This document shows, in pieces, positions 48,930 through 61,424 of a stretch of 64,000 bases of DNA. Where the stretch lies: contig CAWAHW010000002.1 in the NCBI GenBank assembly GCA_963781885.1, positions 736,001-800,000 on the forward strand, read 5' to 3'. The DNA is from an uncultured Spirochaetota bacterium (lineage in GTDB: Bacteria > Spirochaetota > Spirochaetia > SZUA-6 > Fen-1364). The notes under the pieces are model-generated. The model made no database searches and was not told the origin of the DNA. It was given only the letters and a program-made list of their open reading frames with translations. The translations under genes and the position numbers were made by a program. How positions within the stretch are numbered: position 1 is the first letter of the stretch; the number at the start of each line of letters is the position of its first letter.

Positions 48930-51453
48930 ATGCACGTTCGTCCAGCGCCGGCCGGCGACATTCTTCGGGCGCGCGTCCCGTTCTTCAGCCGCATGGCGGT
49001 CAAGCTCGCCCTTGCGGGGAGCGGCCTCGTGCTCCTGGCCGTTTCCTTCACCGCCGGTTTCATCGTCCGCTTTGCCACCGACGAGCTCCGCGGCACGCTC
49101 CTCCAGCGCAACCGGCAGATCGCCACGCAGGCGGCAAACGAGATCGGCTCCTTCATCGACGTTGCGCGGCGCGACCTGCTCTCCACCTCCGACTTCATGC
49201 AGCTCGTGTCGCATACGCCGTGGGTGCGTGACGTCCTCCTGAAGAATCACGTCATGTCCGCGAGGCTCTTCGAGTCCGTCATCGCGGTCGACCGTGCGGG
49301 GCAGGTCGTCGCCGACAGCGGCATCGGGGCGCCCGACATCACCTCTTTTCCCGCGGAGGCTTTCCGGCGCGCGCAGACGGGCGCCGGCTGGACGTCTCCC
49401 GTCAGCATCGACGCGCACCAGCTTCCCGTCATGACGTTCGTCACGCCCGTGGACGCGGACATTGCCCTCATTGCGCGTCTGCCCCTGCAGAAGATCTGGA
49501 GTCTCATCGACGGCATCGATGCGGGCCCGGGCGGATTTGCCTATCTGGTTTCCGCGGAGGGGACCCTCCTGGCCTATCCCGACAAGGCGGTCATCATCCG
49601 CGGCCAGAAGCCCGCGCAGGTCCGCGCCCCGGGCATCGCCCCGCCGCTTATCGTGAGCAGCGTCGTGCCCGGCCTGGAGTGGACGGTCTTCATCGAGCAG
49701 CCCGCGGCGAAGGCCTACCTCCCCGTCTTCCAGATGGTCCGCCGCTCACTCGTCTATTTCCTGGCCGGGCTCTCCATGGCGGTGCTGCTCGGCGGCGCCT
49801 TCGCGGTGCTCTACGCGCGCTCCCTGGACGCCCTGCTCCTCGGCACGGCCCGTATTGCGGAAGGAGATCTCTCCTACAGGATCGACGAGACGCGCCGGGA
49901 CGAGTTCGGCGTCCTTTCCGATGCGTTCAACGACATGGTGGAGCGCCTGCGCGAGCGCACGACCGCGCTGGAGGAGTCGGAGAGCCGATATCGGCGCGTG
50001 GCGGAGAGCGTCTGGGACATCATCTACTCGATGGACGCCGCCGGTTGCTTCCTTTTCCTCAACACGCGCGTCGAGACGATCCTGGGGCGCCATGTGGCCG
50101 ACATGATGGGCCGACCCTTCATCGAGTTCATCGCCCCGTCGCAAAGGGTGAGGAAGGAGCGGGAGCTGCGGAGGTTCATCGCCGATGCCCGGCCGTCCGG
50201 CGTGGCGGGGGAAGTGCGCGCCATGGCCGCGGATGGCGGCGAGGTGATCCTCGAATACACGAGCATCACGATGAGTCTCCCCTCGGGGGAGGTCCAGGTC
50301 TTCGGCGTTGCGCGCGACGTCACCGCACGTCGACGCATCGAGGAGAAGCTCCGCAGGGCGGAGAAGCTCGCGGCGCTGGGCGAGATCGTCTCCAAGGTCG
50401 CGCACGAGCTGCGCAACGCCGTCGCGGGGATCACCGCCTCCATGGAGCTCGCACGCGACCGCGGCGGGCAGGGAGCCCTTGCCGATGACCTGGACCGCGT
50501 GCTTTCGGAGGCGCGCAACGCGCAGGGCATCGTGGAAGGGCTCCTGGGCACCTCGGCGCCGACGGGGGCCGCGAATGTCTCCTGCGGCCTCCACGACGCG
50601 CTCCGCGCCGTGATCGGGCTGCGCCGCGGCCGATGGGAATCCAGCGGGATCGCGGCGCACGTCGCACTGTGCGACCGGGAGCTTTTCGTCGTCGCCAATC
50701 CCGGGCAGCTCCGCCAGGTATTCCACAACATCATCGACAACGCGGAGCGTGCCGTCGCGGCGATGCCGGGCGCTTCGCCCCACGAGATGTGGATCAGGTC
50801 GTGGCAGGCCGCGGGGCGGGCCTGCGTCGAGATCGAGGACGCGGGCCCCGGGATTCCCGCCCAGAACCTGCCGAAGCTCTTCGACCCCTTCTTCACGACG
50901 CGCGCGCCCGGCGAAGGCACCGGCCTGGGGCTCGCCCTCTCCCTTGGTTTCGTGGAGTCCTTTGGCGGCGACATCAAGGCCGGCGAATCGACCCGCGGGA
51001 GGCGCCTTCTTCAGGGTGGAGCTGCCCTGCACCGGGGAGGCCGGAGAGGCGCGCCCCGCGGGACCCGCGATTGCCGCGGCCCGACGCATCCTGGTTGCCG
51101 AGGATGAGACGGCCATCCGGGAGTTCGCCCACGATTTTCTGGAGAGCCTCGGTTACGCGGTCGACCCCGCGGCAAACGGGCAGGAGGCGGTCGCCCTCCT
51201 TGCGGCCGGCGCGCCGTATGCCTTGGTGATCTCGGACTTCCAGATGCCCGACCGCGACGGTCGCGCGCTCTACGACTGGATCCGGGCGAGCAGGCCGAAC
51301 CTGCTTTCACGGCTCATCTACATCACCGGCGACAGCCTCAATCCCGCCACCCGGCTCTTCCTCGAGGAATCCGGCGTGCCCTATCTCCTGAAGCCCGTGC
51401 GCGCGCCGATCCTCGCGTCGATGGTGGAGCGCATGCTCGCCAGCGGGGGGTGA
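48930..51453 (+). CDS. Hybrid sensor histidine kinase (Cache-HAMP-PAS-HisKA-HATPase-REC), +1 frameshift at ~50980
   Basis: DEFG HAMP, PAS, AHELRN and GTGLGL; receiver 'ILVAEDE...SDFQMP' in the shifted frame. Confidence 0.88.
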
Positions 51454-51518
51454 GGCGCGGAGGCGCAGAAGGGAATTTCGCGTGTTGACGTTCCGCGGCG
51501 CGCGGTTAGAATAGCGCG

Positions 51519-51563
51519 AATGCCGCGGAGTCACACGGGGGGACCGTGTATGACGCCGTGGCC
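51519..51563. repeat. REP-like family A, long nested unit
   Basis: AATGCCGCGGAGTCACACGG-GGGA-CCGTGTATGACGCCGTGGCCG resembles 8127-8172. Confidence 0.7.
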
Positions 51564-51596
51564 GGCACGGACTGCCGATTGCGAAAGGTGGCCACA

Positions 51597-52181
51597 ATGT
51601 CATCTCGCCTCGTACAGCTCTCCCGCGCGACGCATGAGACGCAGATCAGCCTCGCCCTCGACCCGGACGCGGCGGTGGAAGGCGGCATCGCCACGGGGCT
51701 CGCCTTTTTCGATCACATGCTCACGGCGATGTCCTTTCACGGAAGGCTGGGTCTCATGGTGGCGGCCACCGGTGACATCGCGGTCGACCCCCATCACCTC
51801 GTGGAGGACGTCGGCCTTGTCCTCGGGCAGGCATTCGCGGACGTGCTGGCAAAAGGCGGCGCGGTGGCGCGCTTCGGCCATGCCGTGATCCCGATGGACG
51901 AGGCGCTCGCGGAGGTCACCGTCGATGTCTGCGGGAGGCCGACGCTCGCCCTGCACGCGGTCTTCGTCCATCTGTGGGCGGGCACATTCGATCTCTCGCT
52001 CCTGCGCGAGTTCTTCACGGCGCTTGCCTCATCGGCGCGGATCAGCCTTCACATCGACGTGCGGCGCGGCGAGAACGGCCACCATATGGCAGAGGCCGCG
52101 TTCAAGGCGCTCGGACGGGCGCTCGCCGCCGCCTACGCACGGGACGACCGCGCGATGTCTTCGAAGGGGCGCATCGGATAG
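51597..52181 (+). CDS. hisB: Imidazoleglycerol-phosphate dehydratase
   Basis: FFDHML, DPHHLVEDVG, PMDEAL and NGHHMAEAAFKA. Confidence 0.95.
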   Translation: MSSRLVQLSRATHETQISLALDPDAAVEGGIATGLAFFDHMLTAMSFHGRLGLMVAATGDIAVDPHHLVEDVGLVLGQAFADVLAKGGAVARFGHAVIPMDEALAEVTVDVCGRPTLALHAVFVHLWAGTFDLSLLREFFTALASSARISLHIDVRRGENGHHMAEAAFKALGRALAAAYARDDRAMSSKGRIG

Positions 52182-52301
52182 CTCCTCGCAATGGCCGACT
52201 TTCATCCGACAGCAAGGTGTTTACTCTAGAACGCCAATCAAGTATCTTGAAATCACCGTCGGGGAGAGCGCAGACGAGGCCGCGCGGCAGTGGAAGGGCA
52301 A

Positions 52302-52649
52302 ATGAGTGCGCAGGACATCCTGAAGAAGTTGCCTTCCGGTGGATTTTTGAAGATCCAGGGCGAGATTCCTGCATCGCTCGACAGCGACAAGAGAGTGGCG
52401 CTCATCCGCAAGGGCAATGAGTTGTTCAACAAGGGGGATTTCGCGCTCGCGGAGAAGATTTTCGTCACGACCAGATATTCTGATGGGCTGATCAGGGTGG
52501 GAGACCGATACCGGAAAGAGGGGCAGCCGCTCAAGGCCTTGCAGGCGTATTGGCTTGCGCCGGCGCCGGATAAGAGCGCGGTGCTCGTCGAGCAAATCGC
52601 GCAGGTGATGAAACAATGGCTTTCAGAGGAGAACACGAAAACGAAATGA
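52302..52649 (+). CDS. Small TPR-like hypothetical protein
   Basis: 'LIRKGNELFN.G...A..IF..T.YSDGLIRVGD'. Confidence 0.7.
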   Translation: MSAQDILKKLPSGGFLKIQGEIPASLDSDKRVALIRKGNELFNKGDFALAEKIFVTTRYSDGLIRVGDRYRKEGQPLKALQAYWLAPAPDKSAVLVEQIAQVMKQWLSEENTKTK

Positions 52650-53746
52650 GCAGCGAGGAGAAAATGTCCGAGCCCGTACCCGTCTCCATTTCGGAGCTTT
52701 CCAAGAGGGGCTACCAGCTGCTCAAGGAAGAGCATATCGCGGAGGCGGAGGAGAATTTTCGCCGGATCCTCACCATCGAACCGCAGAACAACTACGCCCT
52801 CGTGGGCATGGGGGACGCGGCGCGCAAACGCAAGTCCTACCACGAGGCAATCCGCTACTACGAGGAATGCCTGGGCTACCACGTCGGGAACAAGTACGCG
52901 CTCGTCGGCCTCGCCGACAGCTACCGTTCGCTCAAGCAGTTCCACCGGGCGATCGAGATCTGGGAGAAGTACCTTGCCCAGGGGGACAGCGACGTGACGG
53001 TGCTCACGCGCATCGCGGATGCCTACCGGAAAGTCCTCGACTTCAGCCGGTCAAAGGAGATCTATCACAAGATCCTGGAAATCGACCCGGGCAACCCCTA
53101 CGCGCTCACGGGTCTGGGCTACCTGCACTTCGATCTGAAGGAGTACCGCGAGGCGCTCACGTACTGGGAGAAGATGCACGAGAAGGACCCCAAGAATATC
53201 TGGGTGCTCACGTCAATAGGTAACTGCTACCGCAAGCTGAAGACCTACGAAAAGGGCATCCCTTATTTCAAGAAAGCCCTGGAGATACAGCCCGGCAACT
53301 TCTATGCCCTCTTCGGACTGGCCGACTGCTATCGGGGCATGAACGACCCGCAGGAATCGCTATTCTACTGGCAGAAGATCCTCGATGCCGATCCCGACAA
53401 CAAGGTGATCCTCACGCGGATCGGGGATTCGCACCGGGCGATGAACAATCTCGACACGGCGCGGGAATACTACAGCAAGGCCCTCAACATCGAGTTCGAC
53501 AGCTACGCGGTGCTCGGGCTGGCCCTGATCAACAAGGAGAAGGGCAATTACCTCGAGGCCATCGAAAGCCTTTCCGGGCTTCTGGTCAACGACGCGAAGA
53601 ATCCCCGGCTGTACCTGGAGATCGCGCAGAGCTGGCTCGCCCTGGACAAGAAGGACAAGGCGCTCGACGTGCTCACGCGCGCCCAGCGCATGGGCATCAA
53701 GAACCTCGGCATCGGCGAGCTGCTGGAGAAGCTGCAGAGAGGATAG
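52646..53746 (+). CDS. Tetratricopeptide repeat protein
   Basis: About ten TPRs ('P.N.YAL.GL.D.YR'). Confidence 0.9.
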   Translation: MSSEEKMSEPVPVSISELSKRGYQLLKEEHIAEAEENFRRILTIEPQNNYALVGMGDAARKRKSYHEAIRYYEECLGYHVGNKYALVGLADSYRSLKQFHRAIEIWEKYLAQGDSDVTVLTRIADAYRKVLDFSRSKEIYHKILEIDPGNPYALTGLGYLHFDLKEYREALTYWEKMHEKDPKNIWVLTSIGNCYRKLKTYEKGIPYFKKALEIQPGNFYALFGLADCYRGMNDPQESLFYWQKILDADPDNKVILTRIGDSHRAMNNLDTAREYYSKALNIEFDSYAVLGLALINKEKGNYLEAIESLSGLLVNDAKNPRLYLEIAQSWLALDKKDKALDVLTRAQRMGIKNLGIGELLEKLQRG

Positions 53747-53748
53747 CC

Positions 53749-53882
53749 CGGCCACGGTACTCCGTGGCATTCGCGGCCACGGTACTCCGTGGCATTCGCG
53801 GCCACGGTACTCCGTGGCATTCGCGGCCACGGTACTCCGTGGCATTCGCGGCCACGGTACTCCGTGGCATTCGCGGCCACGG
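53749..53882. repeat. Tandem array of REP-like family A (5 identical 25-bp units plus a partial)
   Basis: CGGCCACGGTACTCCGTGGCATTCG x5, without spacers. Confidence 0.95.
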
Positions 53883-53933
53883 GCTCGTTGCCGTATCCAA
53901 CTCCGCTAGGAACGGAAGGTACTCGCTCGCCCT
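53881..53933. repeat. Structured dispersed repeat, family B copy 2
   Basis: Matches 2332-2386. Confidence 0.75.
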
Positions 53934-53950
53934 TGCCCTCCCTGGCTAGG

Positions 53951-55738
53951 CTACTCCAGCACCGCCCGAATCCGCCGCACACCGGCGGATGACGACTGTT
54001 CCTTCTGGATCACGAACTTTCCCAGGACGCCGGTGCGCTCGACATGCGGGCCGCCGCAGACTTCCTTGGAGAAATCCCCGATCGTATAGACCTTCACCTT
54101 TTCTTCGTACTTCTCGCCGAACAGCGCGATGGCGCCCGCGGCGCGGGCCTGCTCGATCGTCATGATCTCCATGCTCACGGGGAGATTCCGCGTGATCTGC
54201 TCGTTGACGATGGCCTCCGCCTTGCGCACCTCCTCTTCCGTCATCGGCTGGGGATGCGAGAAGTCGAAGCGCAGCCGCTCCACGGTGATGTTCGAGCCCT
54301 TCTGGGCGACGTGCGGACCCAGCACCGTCCGCAGCGCCTGGTGGAGGAGGTGCGTGGCGGTGTGCAGCCTCGTCGTCATCTCGGAATGGTCGGCGAGCCC
54401 GCCCTTGAATGTCTTTTCAGCTCCCGCCTTGGAAAGCTCCTGGTGCTTTTCGAACGCCTCGTCGAATCCCTTGCGGTCGACGGCCATGCCGTTCTCTTTG
54501 GCAAGCTCCTCCGTGATCTCGATGGGAAAGCCGTACGTGTCGTAGAGGCGGAAGGCGACCCTTCCCGGGATGGTCTTCTGGGGGTTTTTGAGGAGATTGG
54601 GCAGGAGCTTTTCGAACTCCTTTTCACCCTTCAGGAGGGTGTCGGAGAAGCGCTCCTCCTCCGCCGCGAGCTCCGATGCGATGGAGGACGCATTCTGGCG
54701 CAGGATGGGATAGAAGCCCTCGTAGATGGCGATCACTTCCGCGGCCAGTGCCCCGAGGAAACTGCCCTCGAATCCGAGCTTGCGGCCGTGGCGGATTCCG
54801 CGCCGGATGAGACGCCGCAGGATGTAGCCCTGCCCGACATTGGAGGGGGTCACACCGCGCTCGTCGCCGATGATGAACACGGCCGAGCGCACGTGGTCCG
54901 CGATGATCCGGAACGAGACGTCCTGGGCGGCATTGGCGCCGTATTTCTTCGATGAGATCTCCTGGAGGCGGGCGATGATCGGCCAGAAAAGCTCCGTCTC
55001 GAAGACGGTCTTCTTGCCCTGGATCATGGCCAGGGTGCGGTCCACGCCCATGCCCGTGTCCACCGTCCTCTGCGCGAGCGGAAGGTATTTTCCCTCCGCC
55101 GTCTTGTTGTACTGCATGAAGACGTCGTTCCAGACCTCGATGTACTTGCCGCAATGGCAGCCGGGCTTGCAGTCAGGCCCGCAGGCGGGGGCGCCGGTGT
55201 CGATGAACATCTCCGTGTCCGGGCCGCACGGACCCGTCTGTCCCGCAGGGCCCCACCAGTTGTCCTTGCGGCCGAGGAAATGGATGCGGGAGGCCGGTAC
55301 CCCGATGGTCTTCCAGATTTCGGCCGCCTCGGTGTCGGGCGGCACCTCCGCGTCACCGCCGAAGACGGTCACCGACAGAAGGTCAGGGGAGAAGCCCAGC
55401 CACTGGGGCGAGGTGAGGAACTCGAAGCTGTACGCAATGGCGTCCTTCTTGAAGTAGTCCCCGAGGGACCAGTTGCCCAGCATCTCGAAGAACGTGCAGT
55501 GCGCGGCGTCGCCCACCTCCTCGATGTCGTCCGTGCGGACGCATTTCTGGCAGTCGACCAGGCGCTTGCCCGCCGGGTGCGGCTCACCGAGGATGTATGG
55601 CACCAGCGGATGCATGCCCGCCGTGGTGAAGAGCACCGTGGGGTCGTTTTCCGGGACGAGGGACTTGCCCGTTATTTCTGCATGCCCTTTTCCCTTGAAA
55701 AAATCGATGTATGCGCGCCGAAGCTCGTTGCCCGTCAT
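53951..55738 (-). CDS. alaS: Alanine--tRNA ligase (short form without C-Ala)
   Basis: LFTTAGM, FFEMLGNWS, DTGMG, LYDTYGFP, HTATHLL, CGGPHV and GVRRI. Confidence 0.96.
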   Translation of the reverse strand: MTGNELRRAYIDFFKGKGHAEITGKSLVPENDPTVLFTTAGMHPLVPYILGEPHPAGKRLVDCQKCVRTDDIEEVGDAAHCTFFEMLGNWSLGDYFKKDAIAYSFEFLTSPQWLGFSPDLLSVTVFGGDAEVPPDTEAAEIWKTIGVPASRIHFLGRKDNWWGPAGQTGPCGPDTEMFIDTGAPACGPDCKPGCHCGKYIEVWNDVFMQYNKTAEGKYLPLAQRTVDTGMGVDRTLAMIQGKKTVFETELFWPIIARLQEISSKKYGANAAQDVSFRIIADHVRSAVFIIGDERGVTPSNVGQGYILRRLIRRGIRHGRKLGFEGSFLGALAAEVIAIYEGFYPILRQNASSIASELAAEEERFSDTLLKGEKEFEKLLPNLLKNPQKTIPGRVAFRLYDTYGFPIEITEELAKENGMAVDRKGFDEAFEKHQELSKAGAEKTFKGGLADHSEMTTRLHTATHLLHQALRTVLGPHVAQKGSNITVERLRFDFSHPQPMTEEEVRKAEAIVNEQITRNLPVSMEIMTIEQARAAGAIALFGEKYEEKVKVYTIGDFSKEVCGGPHVERTGVLGKFVIQKEQSSSAGVRRIRAVLE

Positions 55739-55827
55739 GGCCCCAAGGTACGGGGAGCGGGGGAGCGTTGTCAATGGGAGGCGCGCGCGTCGAGACCATG
55801 TGAGCCGAAAAATGATAGAAAGGTGCG

Positions 55828-55944
55828 GTGAGCGAAGCCGAAAAGCGAAACCCGGCCCTCATTGTCGCCTGTTATGTCACGATCTACCTTGTCGCGGTGG
55901 AGCCTGTCGAGGGCCTCGTGCTGCGAAGGAAGCCGACGCGGTGA
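55828..55944 (+). pseudogene. 38-aa ORF, possible EamA/DMT transporter remnant
   Basis: GAAAGG RBS, MSEAEKRNPALIVACYVTIYLV...; its stop overlaps the pbpC GTG. Confidence 0.4.
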
Positions 55945-58145
55945 AAGCGGGTCCGCGTCTCGCGCGTCGTGTCGCTCTGCTGATCGGCATTCCCTGGCTG
56001 CTTTCGACCGCCCTCCTGCTCTCTCCCTTTCCGCGGCTGGACCGCTTCGTGGCCGATCCTGCCGGCACCCGCATCACGGATGCCGCGGGCGCATTCCTCG
56101 GGGCAATGCCCGGCGAAAGCGACACGTTTCAGCTCAAGGAGGCGCCGTCCGCGATCCCCGCCGCCTGCGGCGAGATATTCGTACGGCTGGAGGACGCGCG
56201 GTTCCGCGTTCATCCCGGCATCGACCTGCTTGCCGCGGCGAGGGCGATGGTCGCGTTCGTCACCGGCAGGGGAGCGCGTTCGGGCGCCTCCACGATCACC
56301 ATGCAGCTTGCAAGGCTCGTCGCGCCGCACGCGCGCGGCCCGGGTGGCAAGCTCGTGGAGGCGTCAAACGCGCTCCGCATCGAAGCGAGGCTCACGAAGG
56401 ACGGCATCCTCGTCGCGTATCTCAACGACGTGCCCTTCGGCCGCAACACCCGCGGGGTCGGGGCCGCGGCGTGGACGTACTTCGGCACGGAGCTCGGCCG
56501 CCTGTCGCGCGCGCAGCTCCTTGTCCTCGGCGTGATTCCGCGCAATCCGACGCTCTACGATCCCTTCACGAACCCCGACAGGCTGATCGCCGTCGCGCGC
56601 GACATTGCCGCACGGTATCGACTCGGCATCGACCCCGCGGACGTCCAGGCCGCCGTGCGCGGCGCGAGGCAGGGCCGGCCCGAGGGCGATGCGCCTCATT
56701 TCACCCGCTACGTGGCGGGCCTCGCACAGGCCGGCAAGGTCACGCCCGTCGACGGCGTTGTCGCCACCACTCTGGATCTTTCCGTCAACCGTTATATCGA
56801 GGCACGGATGAGCTCCGTCCTGGCCCGCTACGAGGCAGCCCGCATCACCAACGCCTCAGTCGTGGCGATCGACAACGACACGGGCGCCGTCGTGGGATGG
56901 GTCGGCTCGCGCGATTTCTCAGACGCGACGCATTCCGGTCAGATCGACGGCGCGTTGATCCGCCGGCAGAGCGCCTCGACTCTCAAGCCATTTCTCTACG
57001 CGCGCGCCATGGAGAAGGGATGGACCGCTGCCACGCTGCTGCCGGACCTGCCGCTCGTGTTCGGGGCCGCGGACGAGGAATCCTACAGCCCTGAGAACTT
57101 CGACAAGCGCAGCCACGGCGTCGTGCGGGCAAGGACGGCGCTCGCGAGCTCGCTGAATGTCCCCGCCGTGTACACGCTGTCCCACGTCGGTCTTTCGGAT
57201 TTCCTCTCCACCCTGAGAAGCCTCGGTTTCACCCTGCCCGCGGACGCCGCCGCACGTTACGGCATGGGAACGGCTATTGGCAACGCGGAGGTATCGCTTG
57301 CCGAGCTGGTCCACGCTTTTTCCGTCTTTCCGCGACGGGGGGTGCTTTCCGATCTCGTTGTCCAGCGGGGCCGGACAGCGAGGAGTCGCCGGATATTCGA
57401 TCCCTTTGCCGCGTGGATCGTCGCGAACATCCTTTCGGACCCCTCGGCGCGCGCGACAGGCTTTGGCACGCATACCTATTTCCGCACGCCCGTTCCTGCA
57501 ATGTTCAAGACCGGCACCTCGAGTGAGTTCACCAATCTCTGGTGCGTCGGGGCGACCGCGCGCTACACCGTGGGCGCATGGGCCGGCAACTTCGATGGAA
57601 GGGCCGTGATCAACAAGACGGGGAGCATCGTGCCCACGCAGATCGTGTCGGACCTCCTCACGTGGCTGGAATCGCGGGACGGGAGCAACGAGTCGGCGCG
57701 CGGTTTTCCACAGCCGCCCGGCACGATCGCCGCACGCATCTGCACCGTCTCCGGCGGCCAGGCCACACCCGAGTGCCCCTCCACGCGCACGGAGTATTTC
57801 CGCAGCCTCGCGGACGTGCCGCCCGACTGCCTCTACCATCCGCGGCAGGAAAGCGACCAGGCCCTGCTGGACGATGCCTTCCTTGCAAAAGGCCAGGCCG
57901 TGCGCATCCTCTTTCCGGTGCCCGGCCAATCCTTCTACAGGGACGAGACCTTACGGGCCGGTGTCCAGAGCATCCCCGTTGCATTCGCCGCGCGACGGGC
58001 AGAGAATGCTTCGGTCACCTTTGACGGCGTGAGGGTTTCGCCCGGCGCGGCCGGCTCGATCGCGGTGCCCCTGGTGCGCGGAGCCCATATTGTTGTCGTC
58101 ACCTGCCCGGACGGGAGCGACAGGGTATCCTTTTCAGTCCGCTAG
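55941..58145 (+). CDS. pbpC: Penicillin-binding protein 1C
   Basis: EDARF..HPGID, GASTITMQLAR, SxxK (STLKPF), SLN, KTGTS and a C-terminal PBP1C region. Confidence 0.88.
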   Translation: MKAGPRLARRVALLIGIPWLLSTALLLSPFPRLDRFVADPAGTRITDAAGAFLGAMPGESDTFQLKEAPSAIPAACGEIFVRLEDARFRVHPGIDLLAAARAMVAFVTGRGARSGASTITMQLARLVAPHARGPGGKLVEASNALRIEARLTKDGILVAYLNDVPFGRNTRGVGAAAWTYFGTELGRLSRAQLLVLGVIPRNPTLYDPFTNPDRLIAVARDIAARYRLGIDPADVQAAVRGARQGRPEGDAPHFTRYVAGLAQAGKVTPVDGVVATTLDLSVNRYIEARMSSVLARYEAARITNASVVAIDNDTGAVVGWVGSRDFSDATHSGQIDGALIRRQSASTLKPFLYARAMEKGWTAATLLPDLPLVFGAADEESYSPENFDKRSHGVVRARTALASSLNVPAVYTLSHVGLSDFLSTLRSLGFTLPADAAARYGMGTAIGNAEVSLAELVHAFSVFPRRGVLSDLVVQRGRTARSRRIFDPFAAWIVANILSDPSARATGFGTHTYFRTPVPAMFKTGTSSEFTNLWCVGATARYTVGAWAGNFDGRAVINKTGSIVPTQIVSDLLTWLESRDGSNESARGFPQPPGTIAARICTVSGGQATPECPSTRTEYFRSLADVPPDCLYHPRQESDQALLDDAFLAKGQAVRILFPVPGQSFYRDETLRAGVQSIPVAFAARRAENASVTFDGVRVSPGAAGSIAVPLVRGAHIVVVTCPDGSDRVSFSVR

Positions 58146-58165
58146 GCTCGATGATACCGTGAGTC

Positions 58166-58460
58166 ATGGATGGAGGCGATTTCTTCACGTCGAACGGAAA
58201 GCTCCTCTCGGTCAGGGTTCACGCCAGGCCCGGAGCGAGAGAGGACGCTTTTCTTGGCATCCGCGCGGGAGAGCTGGTCGTGGCGGTCCGTGCCGTCGCG
58301 GAGAAGGGCAAAGCGAACGACGGAATCACCAGGCTTCTTGCCCGTGCGCTGGGCGTCCCCCGCGACAGCGTCAGCCTGCGCATGGGTGCGGCCTCTCCTC
58401 ACAAGGTGTTCCACGCGCCGCTTTCGTGTGAAGCGGCACTGCGGAGGCTCGGCGGGAGTC

Positions 58461-58474
<14 letters not shown>
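58166..58474 (+). CDS. DUF167/YggU family protein
   Basis: '[10 protein letters not shown]...GKAND...LGVP...G..SPHK'. Confidence 0.85.
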
Positions 58475-61037
<2,563 letters not shown>

Positions 61038-61092
61038 CTTTGTCTCCGGGAAGTTCTTTTACAGATGAAGATACGATCCGGATTCGATCCGG

Positions 61093-61332
61093 TCAAACCT
61101 CTGCGGCTGGATCCGTTTGCTTGTCGGGGGTCATGTCTGCAATCAGCCGCGGCGTGCAGTCGGGGCAGACGCCATGGGAGAAGGACCGTACGGGCATCGC
61201 CGCGTGCACGGCACCCCTTTCCCGCCAGCCCCCCTGGCCATCGCTCACCCTGCCGCAGTACATGCAGATGCGGATAAAGGGAGCTCTCCGGGAGGGGGAA
61301 GGGTGGGGGTTGGTTGGATGCGACGATCCCAT
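61093..61332 (-). CDS. Small Cys/His putative metal-binding protein
   Basis: ICMYCGRV..GQGGW...FSHGVCPDC motif. Confidence 0.6.
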   Translation of the reverse strand: MGSSHPTNPHPSPSRRAPFIRICMYCGRVSDGQGGWRERGAVHAAMPVRSFSHGVCPDCTPRLIADMTPDKQTDPAAEV

Positions 61333-61424
61333 TTTCTGGCCTCATGATATTATCGGCAGCCGCGGCGGCCCCTTTGACAATGAAATGCCATTCAACGACA
61401 ATGGCGCCACATCAGGAGCAAAGC

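Noticed and set aside
53749-53882. CRISPR array
   Set aside because: Identical palindromic units abut with no unique spacers, no cas genes are present, and the same unit is dispersed elsewhere.
53951-55738. alaS as a truncated pseudogene
   Set aside because: The catalytic and editing domains are intact, and ~600-aa AlaRS without C-Ala is known in spirochaetes.
61038-61092. CIRCE or CtsR operator upstream of clpB
   Set aside because: No TTAGCACTC-N9-GAGTGCTAA and no convincing tandem GGTCAAA repeat was found.
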